From: Treponema sp.
GTDB lineage: Bacteria > Spirochaetota > Spirochaetia > Treponematales > Treponemataceae
DNA: 64,000 bases
Direction of reading: 5' to 3'
Assembly (NCBI GenBank): GCA_016288205.1
Contig: JAEEYO010000013.1
Location: 1,700 to 65,699 of the forward strand
Position 1 is the stretch's first letter. Each line of letters opens with the position of its first letter. Made by a program: the position numbers and the translations under genes. Below the pieces are notes generated by a model. It worked only from the letters and a program-made list of their open reading frames with translations. It had not been told where the DNA came from and ran no database searches. Positions 1-8,242 of this stretch are shown piece by piece.

Positions 1-85
1 CATCAATCACAGTGACATCATTTCCCTTTCCATCTTCCATCAGTGTGGCAATCTCAAGTGCCTTCTGCTCATCTGTTTTTTCCAT
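1..85 (-). CDS. rsfS: Ribosome silencing factor RsfS (iojap family), N-terminal fragment; the gene continues beyond the window start
   Basis: Reverse translation of 1-85 gives MEKTDEQKALEIATLMEDGKGNDVTVID, which is typical of an RsfS N-terminus. It sits downstream of nadD-yqeK, as in the conserved yqeK-rsfS arrangement. Confidence 0.55.
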   Translation of the reverse strand, partial: MEKTDEQKALEIATLMEDGKGNDVTVID

Positions 86-113
86 TTTCTACCTCCAGTA
101 TCAAATCATCCAT

Positions 114-1439
114 TTAGTCATGTCCCATTGTGGAAACATCAGGCTCGCCGGACTCCACCGAACCGCCAACAGAATCAACTTCCGACTCCTCTTCCTTGTT
201 CGGGTTCTCATATCCGCCCTGAACATAACGTCCGTCCCAGTCCTTTCCAAGGATGATAGTAAAATCTGCGCTGGAAACCTCCGTCGCACCACTTGACGGT
301 CTGTGCTCCAGATTCTTACAATTGATGAAACTCGCAAGCGACTTCAATGCCTCGGTTGACGCTGACTGCATGTGATTTATAATCACGGTGTGCTCATAAT
401 CATTTCTGTCTGCATCCTGAGGCGGAAGAATGTCGTAGTTTCCGAGTCCCTTAAGCAAAATCGCCGTGTTTGCGGCCGCACCCTGAACCATGGTTCCGTT
501 CAAGACCTCAACCACATAGCGGTAGTTGGTTCCACCCTCGTTCACAAGTTCCTCTATTGACTTATCAACGACGTTCTTTATGAACTCACCGTTGTAAAGC
601 GGGAAAAGGAGCTTCTGCTGGGACGAGGGCAAAGTACGAAGACTTCCCTGCAAGACGTTCGGAACAAGGCGGTCGTTCTCCGTATTGATGTTGGACAGGT
701 GCTCCAAAAGTCTGTAAAGGATTTTCTGCGTGGACGATGTCTTGATTTTTTCCGCATACAGGGGAAAATTCTTTTTGTCAAGAAGCACGGACCTCTGCTC
801 ATGGAATGCGGTAAGAAGCGAAACCACAGCGTTCTGCCGCCGGTCCATCACATCGGTGTCCTCCTCCTCGCTCAGTTTATAGCTCATGTAGGTCTGGATC
901 TTATCACCGTCAAGAGTCACGGATCCACCAGGGAGCAGCCATCTTGCCGAACCGTCATCCGCCCTTACATCAACACCGTTCGGGACAAAAAGCTTCATGC
1001 CACCGAGCAAATCAGTGAGGAGTCCGAAATTGTCCAGAGTAATCTCAAGAGTGAACGAAATGTCCTTTCCAAGCAGCTTTCCCACTTCCAGAGCATAGGC
1101 ATCAATCCCCTTTTCGCGGTAGACGGCATCAATGCGGTCAGTACGCCCCTGTTTTCCGGATGCATCGGTCAGGCTCGCAAAAATGTCTCCCGTATTTCCC
1201 GGAATATTGAACAAAGCGACCTTATGCGTCTTCGGCGAATAGAATATGACATCCGTGGCAAGGGCATTTCCATCGTCATCAGAAATCACCAGCATGGTCT
1301 TTATTACATCAGTGCTTCTCAGGCTGTCCGACTCAGGATCGGCATTCAGTGACACGGCTATAAAAACGCCCGCCGCAACTATGACCGCAAGAATCAGCAC
1401 CAGAAAAACAACGCCTTTTTTATCAGTAGAAACTTTCAT
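114..1439 (-). CDS. LytR-CpsA-Psr (LCP) family cell-envelope protein with N-terminal membrane anchor and C-terminal LytR_C-like domain
   Basis: 441-aa ORF. It has an N-terminal TM helix (VVFLVLILAVIVAAGVFIAV), an LCP-like core (FNIPGNTGD...RIDAVY...GGMKLFVP) and a C-terminal VEVLNGTMVQGAA segment. Confidence 0.7.
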   Translation of the reverse strand: MKVSTDKKGVVFLVLILAVIVAAGVFIAVSLNADPESDSLRSTDVIKTMLVISDDDGNALATDVIFYSPKTHKVALFNIPGNTGDIFASLTDASGKQGRTDRIDAVYREKGIDAYALEVGKLLGKDISFTLEITLDNFGLLTDLLGGMKLFVPNGVDVRADDGSARWLLPGGSVTLDGDKIQTYMSYKLSEEEDTDVMDRRQNAVVSLLTAFHEQRSVLLDKKNFPLYAEKIKTSSTQKILYRLLEHLSNINTENDRLVPNVLQGSLRTLPSSQQKLLFPLYNGEFIKNVVDKSIEELVNEGGTNYRYVVEVLNGTMVQGAAANTAILLKGLGNYDILPPQDADRNDYEHTVIINHMQSASTEALKSLASFINCKNLEHRPSSGATEVSSADFTIILGKDWDGRYVQGGYENPNKEEESEVDSVGGSVESGEPDVSTMGHD

Positions 1440-1454
1440 TTTATAAACACCACC

Positions 1455-2030
1455 CTAATCAATGAGACTCTTCCTAAAATTGTACGACTCTTCCGCGACG
1501 GTCCTTCCGTGTGAGAGCAGATAATTGATATTCTCATCCACAACGGCAAGAACCAGTTGGTTAAGACTCAGCGAAAAAAGCCTGTCCAGATATTCCTGGG
1601 AGCTCTGGGGTCGTCCCGGCTCAATCTTATCGGCGGCGAAGACTATTTTCGCAAGGGGACACAAATCAGCTCCTCCAAGCGTGTGCCTTTCCACCGACTG
1701 AAGAATCTCCGCGTCCTGCACTCCGAAATCTTCCCTGAGCTTCACGGCAGCGGCCCTTCCATGCAAAAGCCCCGGTTTTTCCCGCTCCAAATCCGAAATG
1801 GGATTCCCGTCCCTGGATGCAATGCCAATCAGCGTCTCGTCATCAAAATCCTTGCAGATGTCATGCGCCATCCCGGCAAAATACCCCTTTTCGGCATCCT
1901 CACCGTAGATTTCGCACATCCTCCTGGCAGTCTCAGCCACACGGATTGAATGCTCGAACCTAGACGGACTTTCGGCACCCATGGCATATTTACGGACCCT
2001 GTCAAAAAGCTCCTTACTTATCGCTTCCAT
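1455..2030 (-). CDS. yqeK: HD-domain protein YqeK (bis(5'-nucleosyl)-tetraphosphatase family)
   Basis: 191-aa ORF with an HD motif context (HSIRVAETA...GMAHDICKD). It overlaps the nadD stop, which is the classic nadD-yqeK pairing. Confidence 0.8.
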   Translation of the reverse strand: MEAISKELFDRVRKYAMGAESPSRFEHSIRVAETARRMCEIYGEDAEKGYFAGMAHDICKDFDDETLIGIASRDGNPISDLEREKPGLLHGRAAAVKLREDFGVQDAEILQSVERHTLGGADLCPLAKIVFAADKIEPGRPQSSQEYLDRLFSLSLNQLVLAVVDENINYLLSHGRTVAEESYNFRKSLID

Positions 2031-2697
2031 ACAACCTTCTTTTTATAATATAACCGAAAACCGAAGAAGGTACAAGATACTTGAACGCCCTTCCCTCCGA
2101 AATCCTTGCGCGAATCTCCGTGGAACTAAGCACCAGCTCCGGATTTTTTACCGAAAGCGCGTTTTTGAACAAGGGATCGCCCGCAATGTCAAAAATCAAT
2201 TCCCCGGATGAGTCCCTTGTGGAATGGGGAACCGAGCCGTATCCGCCTGAATGTGCGTTCTCATGTCCTGAGCCGGAAGATTGCTCCTGTGGCCGCAGAG
2301 CCAAAATCAGGTCGCATTTTTTGGAAAGCTCTTCCGCCCTGTGCCAGAGATGGAAGCCCGGGATCAAGTCGTCGCCCATCACGAGGCCGATTTTTCCCTC
2401 AAGCTGCCCCGCATACTTTTCCTCAAGCGAGCAGATTGTGTCGTAGGTATAGGAGACTCCGCCACGGTCAATCTCACAGGACTCAGCGACAAACCTTGGA
2501 TCATCCTCGCACGCAAGACGCACCATCTCCAGCCTGTCCTCCGCCGAAACACTGTCCGCCATCTCCTTGTGGGGTGGCCTGAACGCGGGAACAAAAAGCA
2601 GCCTGTCATAGCCGAGCGACGTGCATACCTCATCAGCAAGAGCCAGATGCCCTATGTGCAGGGGATTGAATGTGCCTCCAAGAACCGCTATCCTCAT
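2014..2697 (-). CDS. nadD: Nicotinate-nucleotide adenylyltransferase
   Basis: The N-terminus MRIAVLGGTFNPLHIGHL carries the (H/T)xGH nucleotidyltransferase signature. Position after obg. Confidence 0.88.
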   Translation of the reverse strand: MRIAVLGGTFNPLHIGHLALADEVCTSLGYDRLLFVPAFRPPHKEMADSVSAEDRLEMVRLACEDDPRFVAESCEIDRGGVSYTYDTICSLEEKYAGQLEGKIGLVMGDDLIPGFHLWHRAEELSKKCDLILALRPQEQSSGSGHENAHSGGYGSVPHSTRDSSGELIFDIAGDPLFKNALSVKNPELVLSSTEIRARISEGRAFKYLVPSSVFGYIIKRRLYGSDK

Positions 2698-2700
2698 ATT

Positions 2701-3822
2701 TTACGCTTCGCTCCCCGGGAACTGCTCCTCCATGTCCGTGTCAACCGAGCGTCCCGCCAAAAATGAGTTCTTTTTCATTTCCTTGGCATTTTCAGCGATG
2801 GATTTGCGTCCGTCCTCCATTTTCTCAACCATCTCAACAATGGCCTTGCGGACCGGAGTGATGTTTGTCCTTGCTGCGACCGAAACCGTAATGACCGGGA
2901 TATTCGGCTCTGACTCGCGGATTTTTCTCCTGACTTCCTCAGCACGCTCCAGCGCACCCTCAATGTCAATCTTGTTGCAGAGAACAATTCTCGGTTTGTC
3001 CAAGAGACCGCCACCGAAGCCCTCAAGCTCCTTCAAAAGCGACTCGTAAGCCGTAAAACAAGAGTCGTCCGAGCAGTCAATCATAAAAAGGAGACCCGCC
3101 GTGCGTGAGATATGCTTCAAAAATCTGATTCCCAATCCCGCGCCCTCAGAGGCTCCCTCGATGATTCCGGGAATGTCGGCAATAATCAAATCCGTGTCCT
3201 GGTCCACATGAAGCACACCCAGATTCGGAACCTTTGTGGTAAAAGGATACGGTGCGATTTTTGGCCTGGCGTTGGTAAAAAGGTCGAGCAGGCTTGATTT
3301 TCCGGCATTCGGGAAACCAACAAGTCCCACGTCCGCCATGATGGAAAGCTCCACCTTCAAGTTTCTCTCCTGCCCGGGTTTACCTGGATGCGCGTATCTC
3401 GGAGCCTGATTCGTGCTGGACTTAAAATGCACGTTGCCCCATCCGCCTTTTCCTCCCTCAAGAAAAAGGAACTGCTCGTCCTCGCTCTCCGTCGTAAAAT
3501 CATGGACAAGCTCACCTGTCTCAGCGTCACGGATTGTGGTTCCCGGGGGAACAGGGATAATCACATCCTCGCCGTCCTTTCCATAGCGGTTCCAGCCCTG
3601 ACCGTCACCACCGTTCTTCGCCTTGAAAATGGGATGATAACGAAGGTGGGCAAGAGTACGGAGATTGCGTCTCACACAAAAAATGACACTGCCGCCCCTT
3701 CCACCGTCACCGCCGTTGGGTCCTCCGTTCGGAATATATTTCTCGCGTCGAAATGAGATGCAGCCGTTTCCGCCTTTTCCTGAGATTACCGTTATGTTCG
3801 CCTCGTCCGCAAATTGAATCAT
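2701..3822 (-). CDS. obg: GTPase Obg/CgtA
   Basis: Obg fold with a glycine-rich N-terminus (GKGGNGCISFRREKY...GGDGGRGGSVIF) and G motifs (GFPNAGKSS, DIPG, NKID). Part of the rplU-prp-rpmA-obg synteny. Confidence 0.95.
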   Translation of the reverse strand: MIQFADEANITVISGKGGNGCISFRREKYIPNGGPNGGDGGRGGSVIFCVRRNLRTLAHLRYHPIFKAKNGGDGQGWNRYGKDGEDVIIPVPPGTTIRDAETGELVHDFTTESEDEQFLFLEGGKGGWGNVHFKSSTNQAPRYAHPGKPGQERNLKVELSIMADVGLVGFPNAGKSSLLDLFTNARPKIAPYPFTTKVPNLGVLHVDQDTDLIIADIPGIIEGASEGAGLGIRFLKHISRTAGLLFMIDCSDDSCFTAYESLLKELEGFGGGLLDKPRIVLCNKIDIEGALERAEEVRRKIRESEPNIPVITVSVAARTNITPVRKAIVEMVEKMEDGRKSIAENAKEMKKNSFLAGRSVDTDMEEQFPGSEA

Positions 3823-3857
3823 GTCGCCCTCCTCCGCATCAAGACAATGTTGCCTCT

Positions 3858-3892
3858 AAAAAAAATACCCAGCATGAACAAATCACGCTGGG
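3858..3892 (-). terminator. Rho-independent terminator downstream of rpmA
   Basis: On the minus strand, a CCCAGC...GCTGGG stem is followed by an 8-nt T-run. Confidence 0.6.
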
Positions 3893-3955
3893 CATCGTGA
3901 AAACTAAGGATTCAAAGATTGTTCCTGAAACCCTTAAAAATCGAGATCCTATGGA

Positions 3956-4219
3956 TTAGTTAGCTTCCGCTACAGGCTCGACTGAAACGATCTTGCGGTT
4001 CTTGCGCTCACCATAGACAACCTTTCCGTCAGCAATGGCATACAGAGTATCGTCACCGCCGCGCTTTACATTGTCACCCGGATGAATGCGAGTTCCACGC
4101 TGTCTAACAAGGACAGAACCTGCGCTAACACTTTCTCCACCGTATTTCTTTACGCCCAATCTTTTAGCATTGGAATCACGTCCGTTCTTGGCACCGCTAC
4201 CACCTTTACTACGTCCCAT
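3956..4219 (-). CDS. rpmA: 50S ribosomal protein L27
   Basis: [28 protein letters not shown] aligns with the canonical L27 N-terminus. The start was moved to ATG 4219 because a GGAGG sits 5 nt upstream. The longer 112-aa ORF (to 4294) overlaps the prp stop. Confidence 0.9.
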   Translation of the reverse strand: MGRSKGGSGAKNGRDSNAKRLGVKKYGGESVSAGSVLVRQRGTRIHPGDNVKRGGDDTLYAIADGKVVYGERKNRKIVSVEPVAEAN

Positions 4220-4250
4220 TTTAATCCTCCACTGGAAAATCCAGTCTGTT

Positions 4251-4589
4251 TTATTCGGTAATTTCTCGCAGCTGCACGAACTCTGGATACTCACCGGAAA
4301 GCATTCTCATGCCAGTCCTGATAAAATCCGCCGCGCATTTCAACCGCTCATCAAGAGCAGAAGACGGACACTCAATCTCAACGGAAAATGCGAGACTTCC
4401 CCGCTTTGAAGCATCCGATAAAAGATTCAGTCCCTCGGTTTCTCCAAGAACCGCCATCGCCGTCCTGAGCAGATGTGACTCCGCAGCACAGACTATATCG
4501 CGTCCCCGAACACCCGAACCTGCATGACCTTCCGCCGAACATCGCTTGAACGCCCCCGTCCGGTCACACACCAAAAGAACTGACGTCAC
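4251..4589 (-). CDS. prp: Ribosomal-processing cysteine protease Prp (DUF464/YsxB family)
   Basis: The GHAGSG...[10 protein letters not shown] motif contains the His/Cys dyad context of Prp. The gene lies between rplU and rpmA. Confidence 0.8.
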   Translation of the reverse strand: MTSVLLVCDRTGAFKRCSAEGHAGSGVRGRDIVCAAESHLLRTAMAVLGETEGLNLLSDASKRGSLAFSVEIECPSSALDERLKCAADFIRTGMRMLSGEYPEFVQLREITE

Positions 4590-4598
4590 AGAAGAACC

Positions 4599-4922
4599 TT
4601 ATGCCTCGATTTCCTTTACAGTCACCTTGGTATACTGCTCGCGATGACCGATGAGGCGGTGATAGTCCTTCTTGCTCTTATACTTCAGAACAAGCACTTT
4701 CTTGTCCTTGAAAGTCTCACCGACTTCTACCGTCACTTTTGCACCCTGCACATAAGGGGTTCCAACAGAAACCTTGTCTCCGTCGCTGACCAAGAGAACC
4801 GTGTCAATGGTAATCTTGTCACCGGGTTTGGCTTCCTTTTCCTCGTCAATGCGGCTTACAGTAAGAACGGCATCTTTTTCCGCCTTGTACTGATTGCCCT
4901 TATACTCAACGATTGCGTACAT
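4599..4922 (-). CDS. rplU: 50S ribosomal protein L21
   Basis: MYAIVEYKGNQYKAEKD is a canonical L21 N-terminus, and the length is 107 aa. Confidence 0.95.
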   Translation of the reverse strand: MYAIVEYKGNQYKAEKDAVLTVSRIDEEKEAKPGDKITIDTVLLVSDGDKVSVGTPYVQGAKVTVEVGETFKDKKVLVLKYKSKKDYHRLIGHREQYTKVTVKEIEA

Positions 4923-5012
4923 TTCATAACCTCTGATAATCTAATTTGCCGTAAGGAGTAACGGGTTCCCTACAAGCCACTTTTTATTGTAAAAAAACAA
5001 TAAATCTGATAG

Positions 5013-5042
5013 ATAATAACAGATTTCCCCCATCTTGGTCAA
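5013..5042 (-). promoter_or_regulatory. Candidate sigma70 promoter for rplU-prp-rpmA
   Basis: Minus strand reads TTGACC, an 18-nt spacer, then TATTAT. This would leave a leader of about 85 nt. Confidence 0.4.
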
Positions 5043-5089
5043 GTCATTTCGGCAAGATTTCCAGAAATTTGAGTGAAAAAAGTCCGAAT

Positions 5090-5134
5090 CTTTCCACTCT
5101 CATCTTTCCACTTTCCGTTTTCCACTTTCAACTC
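5090..5134 (-). repeat. Purine-tract intergenic repeat (GTTGAAAG/GTGGAAAAC/GGAAAG units), copy a
   Basis: Minus strand reads GAGTTGAAAGTGGAAAACGGAAAGTGGAAAGATGAGAGTGGAAAG. It starts inside the rluA-family stop codon. The last unit pairs with TTTTTCACTC at 5071-5080. Confidence 0.8.
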
Positions 5135-6093
5135 GAAAACCCTTTAGGCAAGGGAGCCACTATCTCCAGTCTCTCCCCGCTCACAGGATGGTCAAACGCA
5201 AGCGAAAAGGCATGGAGCATGATTCTTCCATTGTTCTCAGGAAATCCCACGGGACCGCCGTAAAGCTCATCCCCCACGATCGGAAGCCCCGAAAGCGACA
5301 GATGCACGCGGATTTGGTGGGTGCGCCCGGTCAAAAGAGTGCAATCAATGTACACATAGCCGCCGGATTTTTTCACCAACGTAAAATCAGTACGCGCAAA
5401 CTGACCGCCACGGCTCTCAGGCAGCACACCGATTTTGCATCTTGCGGATTTCGGCGAGACTCTTCCTATATAGTTCTCCACAAAAAAGCTTTCCTTGACT
5501 GGAGTTGATTTTTTCACGGCACACACGGCACGGTATTTTTTCACCGCCGTATGATTTTCGAACATCGCATGAACCGCATTGTTCACGCTCCGGCTCTTGG
5601 TAAAAAGAAGCGTCCCGGAAGTCTCCCTGTCAAGCCTGTGCATGATTCCCACGTAAGGCGGATTCCTGAGCGACGGATTTTTTTTCCAGAGATAGTCCAC
5701 CGCCGCCTGATGCATGTTGCCCCTTCCCTTCACAATGGTCTCCTCGGTCGGAAAAAAAGCGGGCTTATTTACCACGAGCAGAAAATCATCCTCAAAAAGA
5801 ACGTCCTTTTCGGTAAGAGTAAAATCAATGTCATCGGGCTGCTTCTCATAGAAAAATTTCTCCATGCTGATTTCGGCACGCACCTTGTCCCCGGCCCGCA
5901 AAATCAATGATGGAACCCTGCACTGCCTTCCGTTCACAAACACGGCCCCCGCCACAAGAAGACGACGGATTTTTGAATTTGAGACCTGCGCCTGAGACGC
6001 ATCACCCGACTCCGAAAGCACCAGGGGAATTTTCTCCTGCAAAAATGAGATAACTGGGACTGATTTTTCAATCTTCCATTCGAACGCCGCCAT
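5128..6093 (-). CDS. RluA-family 23S rRNA pseudouridine synthase with N-terminal S4-like domain
   Basis: The catalytic motif HRLDRETSGTLLF is present, along with GRTHQIRVHL. Length 321 aa. Confidence 0.88.
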   Translation of the reverse strand: MAAFEWKIEKSVPVISFLQEKIPLVLSESGDASQAQVSNSKIRRLLVAGAVFVNGRQCRVPSLILRAGDKVRAEISMEKFFYEKQPDDIDFTLTEKDVLFEDDFLLVVNKPAFFPTEETIVKGRGNMHQAAVDYLWKKNPSLRNPPYVGIMHRLDRETSGTLLFTKSRSVNNAVHAMFENHTAVKKYRAVCAVKKSTPVKESFFVENYIGRVSPKSARCKIGVLPESRGGQFARTDFTLVKKSGGYVYIDCTLLTGRTHQIRVHLSLSGLPIVGDELYGGPVGFPENNGRIMLHAFSLAFDHPVSGERLEIVAPLPKGFSS

Positions 6094-6215
6094 GGAGCCA
6101 TTTTACCGCAAAATTATTTTTATGGTCAATATAGCCGGAAGATTCTCCATTATCTCAAGTTTTAGCTTCAATGTGTCGATATTTTCATCATAAAACATCA
6201 TTCAGAGGGGATTAT

Positions 6216-6356
6216 ATGAGCCAGACGCTGACAAACCCGGCAGACGGAAACAAGAAAAAGCTCATGCCGCTGTTCATAAAAGCAGCCGTAGCACTTGCCG
6301 CCGTCGCAGTCATCTTGGTCCTGACAGTTCAGTTGTCCGAATCCATGATGATGTAA
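6216..6356 (+). CDS. Hypothetical small membrane protein (46 aa)
   Basis: An AGAGGGG RBS lies 6 nt before the ATG at 6216. There is one hydrophobic helix (LMPLFIKAAVALAAVAVILVLTV), and a terminator hairpin follows immediately. It is the only plus-strand ORF in a minus-strand region, so it may be spurious. Confidence 0.3.
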   Translation: MSQTLTNPADGNKKKLMPLFIKAAVALAAVAVILVLTVQLSESMMM

Positions 6357-6403
6357 AAAAATGGCCGTACAGTATGACATCATGCTGCACGGCTTCTTTT
6401 TTT
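6355..6403. terminator. Bidirectional rho-independent terminator (small ORF / lepA)
   Basis: Stem GCCGTACAG...CTGCACGGC with one mismatch, flanked by an A-run (6355-6361) and a T-run (6394-6403). Confidence 0.6.
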
Positions 6404-6424
6404 GGGACACATTTTCCGTCCGAA

Positions 6425-8230
6425 TCAGTTGTCTTCCTTTTCTTTAAGGACAGCAAGGAACGCGCTCTGTGGAAGCTCCACGTTTCCCGCCATCAGCATA
6501 CGCTTTTTACCGGCCTTCTGTTTTTCAAGCAGCTTTCTCTTTCGCGTAACGTCACCGCCATAGCATTTTGCAAGAACATCCTTACGCACAGGATTCACCG
6601 TCTCGCGCGCAATAATCTGACTTCCGATCGCACCCTGAATGGCCACCTTGAACTGCTGCCTTGCAATCTCACCCTTGAGCCTTTCGCAAACAGCCTTCGC
6701 CCTTTCCACAGCAGACGGTCTGTAGCACAACTGAGCCAAAGCATCAACCGGCTTTCCGTTAATCAGTATGTCAATCTTGATTAAATCCGTGGGACGGTAA
6801 TCGGTAAGCTCATAGTCAAAGCTCGCGTATCCTCGGCTGAAAGATTTCAGCTTGTCGTAAAAATCAAAGAGCACTTCCGCAAGAGGCATGTCGTAGGTCA
6901 GCTCCACGCGCTTTTCATCAAGATACTGCATGTTCTTCTGCGTGCCACGTTTCATGCGGCAAAGCTCCATGATGCTTCCAAGATATTCCGACGGAGTGAT
7001 TATGGTCGCATTGATGTAAGGCTCCTGGGATGACTCTATCTTGCCCTCGGGAAAATCAGCGGGATTGTCCACAAAAATCTCATCGTGCCCCGGAGTCTTC
7101 ACCTTGTAACGGACGCTCGGTGCCGTAAAAATAATCACCTGGTCGAAGTCCCTCTCAAGACGCTCCTGAATGATCTCAAGATGCAGGAGTCCCAAAAATC
7201 CGCAGCGGAATCCGTTGCCCAGAGCGAGCGAGTTATCCTTTTCGTAAACAAGGGACGCGTCGTTGAGCTTGAGTTTTTCCATGCTGTCCCGAAGCTCCTC
7301 ATAATCGTTCGAGTCGATGGGATAGATTGAAGAGAACACAACCGGCTTAACATCCTTGAATCCGGGAAGAGGCTCGTCGGCAGGTCTGGTCACGGCTGTA
7401 ATAGTGTCTCCCACGCTCACGTCCGAAACCGTCTTGATTCCCGCAATGATGTAACCGACATCCCCCGCTTCCAGAACCCCGGTGTCCTCGTACTTAATCT
7501 TGAAGATTCCGGCCTGCTCCACCTTGTATTCCGCACCGCTGCTCATAAGACGGATCTGCTCTCCCGCCTTGATTCTTCCGTCCACAACTCTCAGGTGGAC
7601 AATGACTCCGCGGTACTCATCATAATGGCAGTCAAAAATCAGTGCCTTCAAAGGAGCCTCAGCATCTCCCTGTGGCGGCGGAAATTTCGTGACGATTGCC
7701 TCCATCAAATCATCAATTCCCTGACCTGTCTTTGCGGAGACCAACTGCGCGTCGGAACTGTCAAGTCCAAGGTCATGGTCAATCTGATGTTTTACGCTCT
7801 CTATGTCCGCGCTCGCCAAATCAATTTTATTTACGACCGGAACTATGGTCAGATCATGCTCAAGCGCCATGTACATATTGCTCACGGTCTGGCTCTCAAC
7901 ACCCTGCGTCGCATCAATCAGCAAAAGGGCTCCCTCACAGGAAGCGATCGCACGGCTCACCTCGTAACTGAAATCCACATGGCCGGGAGTATCTACGAAA
8001 TTCAGCTCGTAATCATGTCCGTCCTTCGCGTGGTAAGGAATGGTGACGGCCTGACTCTTGATTGTGATTCCCCTCTCGCGCTCAATGTCCATGTTGTCCA
8101 GAATCTGATTCATCATCTGGCGGTCCTCAATGATTTTCGCCTTTTGGATGAGACGGTCTGCCAGCGTTGATTTTCCGTGATCGATGTGGGCGGTAATGCA
8201 AAAATTCCGCTTGTATTTTAAATCTACCAT
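6425..8230 (-). CDS. lepA: Elongation factor 4 (LepA)
   Basis: 601 aa. IRNFCITAHIDHGKSTLADR-type G1 motif (here NFCITAHIDHGKSTLADRL), DTPGHVDF, NKID, and the LepA C-terminal domain. Confidence 0.97.
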   Translation of the reverse strand: MVDLKYKRNFCITAHIDHGKSTLADRLIQKAKIIEDRQMMNQILDNMDIERERGITIKSQAVTIPYHAKDGHDYELNFVDTPGHVDFSYEVSRAIASCEGALLLIDATQGVESQTVSNMYMALEHDLTIVPVVNKIDLASADIESVKHQIDHDLGLDSSDAQLVSAKTGQGIDDLMEAIVTKFPPPQGDAEAPLKALIFDCHYDEYRGVIVHLRVVDGRIKAGEQIRLMSSGAEYKVEQAGIFKIKYEDTGVLEAGDVGYIIAGIKTVSDVSVGDTITAVTRPADEPLPGFKDVKPVVFSSIYPIDSNDYEELRDSMEKLKLNDASLVYEKDNSLALGNGFRCGFLGLLHLEIIQERLERDFDQVIIFTAPSVRYKVKTPGHDEIFVDNPADFPEGKIESSQEPYINATIITPSEYLGSIMELCRMKRGTQKNMQYLDEKRVELTYDMPLAEVLFDFYDKLKSFSRGYASFDYELTDYRPTDLIKIDILINGKPVDALAQLCYRPSAVERAKAVCERLKGEIARQQFKVAIQGAIGSQIIARETVNPVRKDVLAKCYGGDVTRKRKLLEKQKAGKKRMLMAGNVELPQSAFLAVLKEKEDN

Positions 8231-8242
8231 GAAATCAGTATA

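Noticed and set aside
3956-4294. Long 112-aa version of the L27 ORF as an N-terminally extended L27
   Set aside because: The upstream ATG lies within the prp coding region and has no RBS. The ATG at 4219 has a GGAGG at ideal spacing and gives a canonical L27 N-terminus. The question is kept as a finding to be tested, but the short form is annotated.
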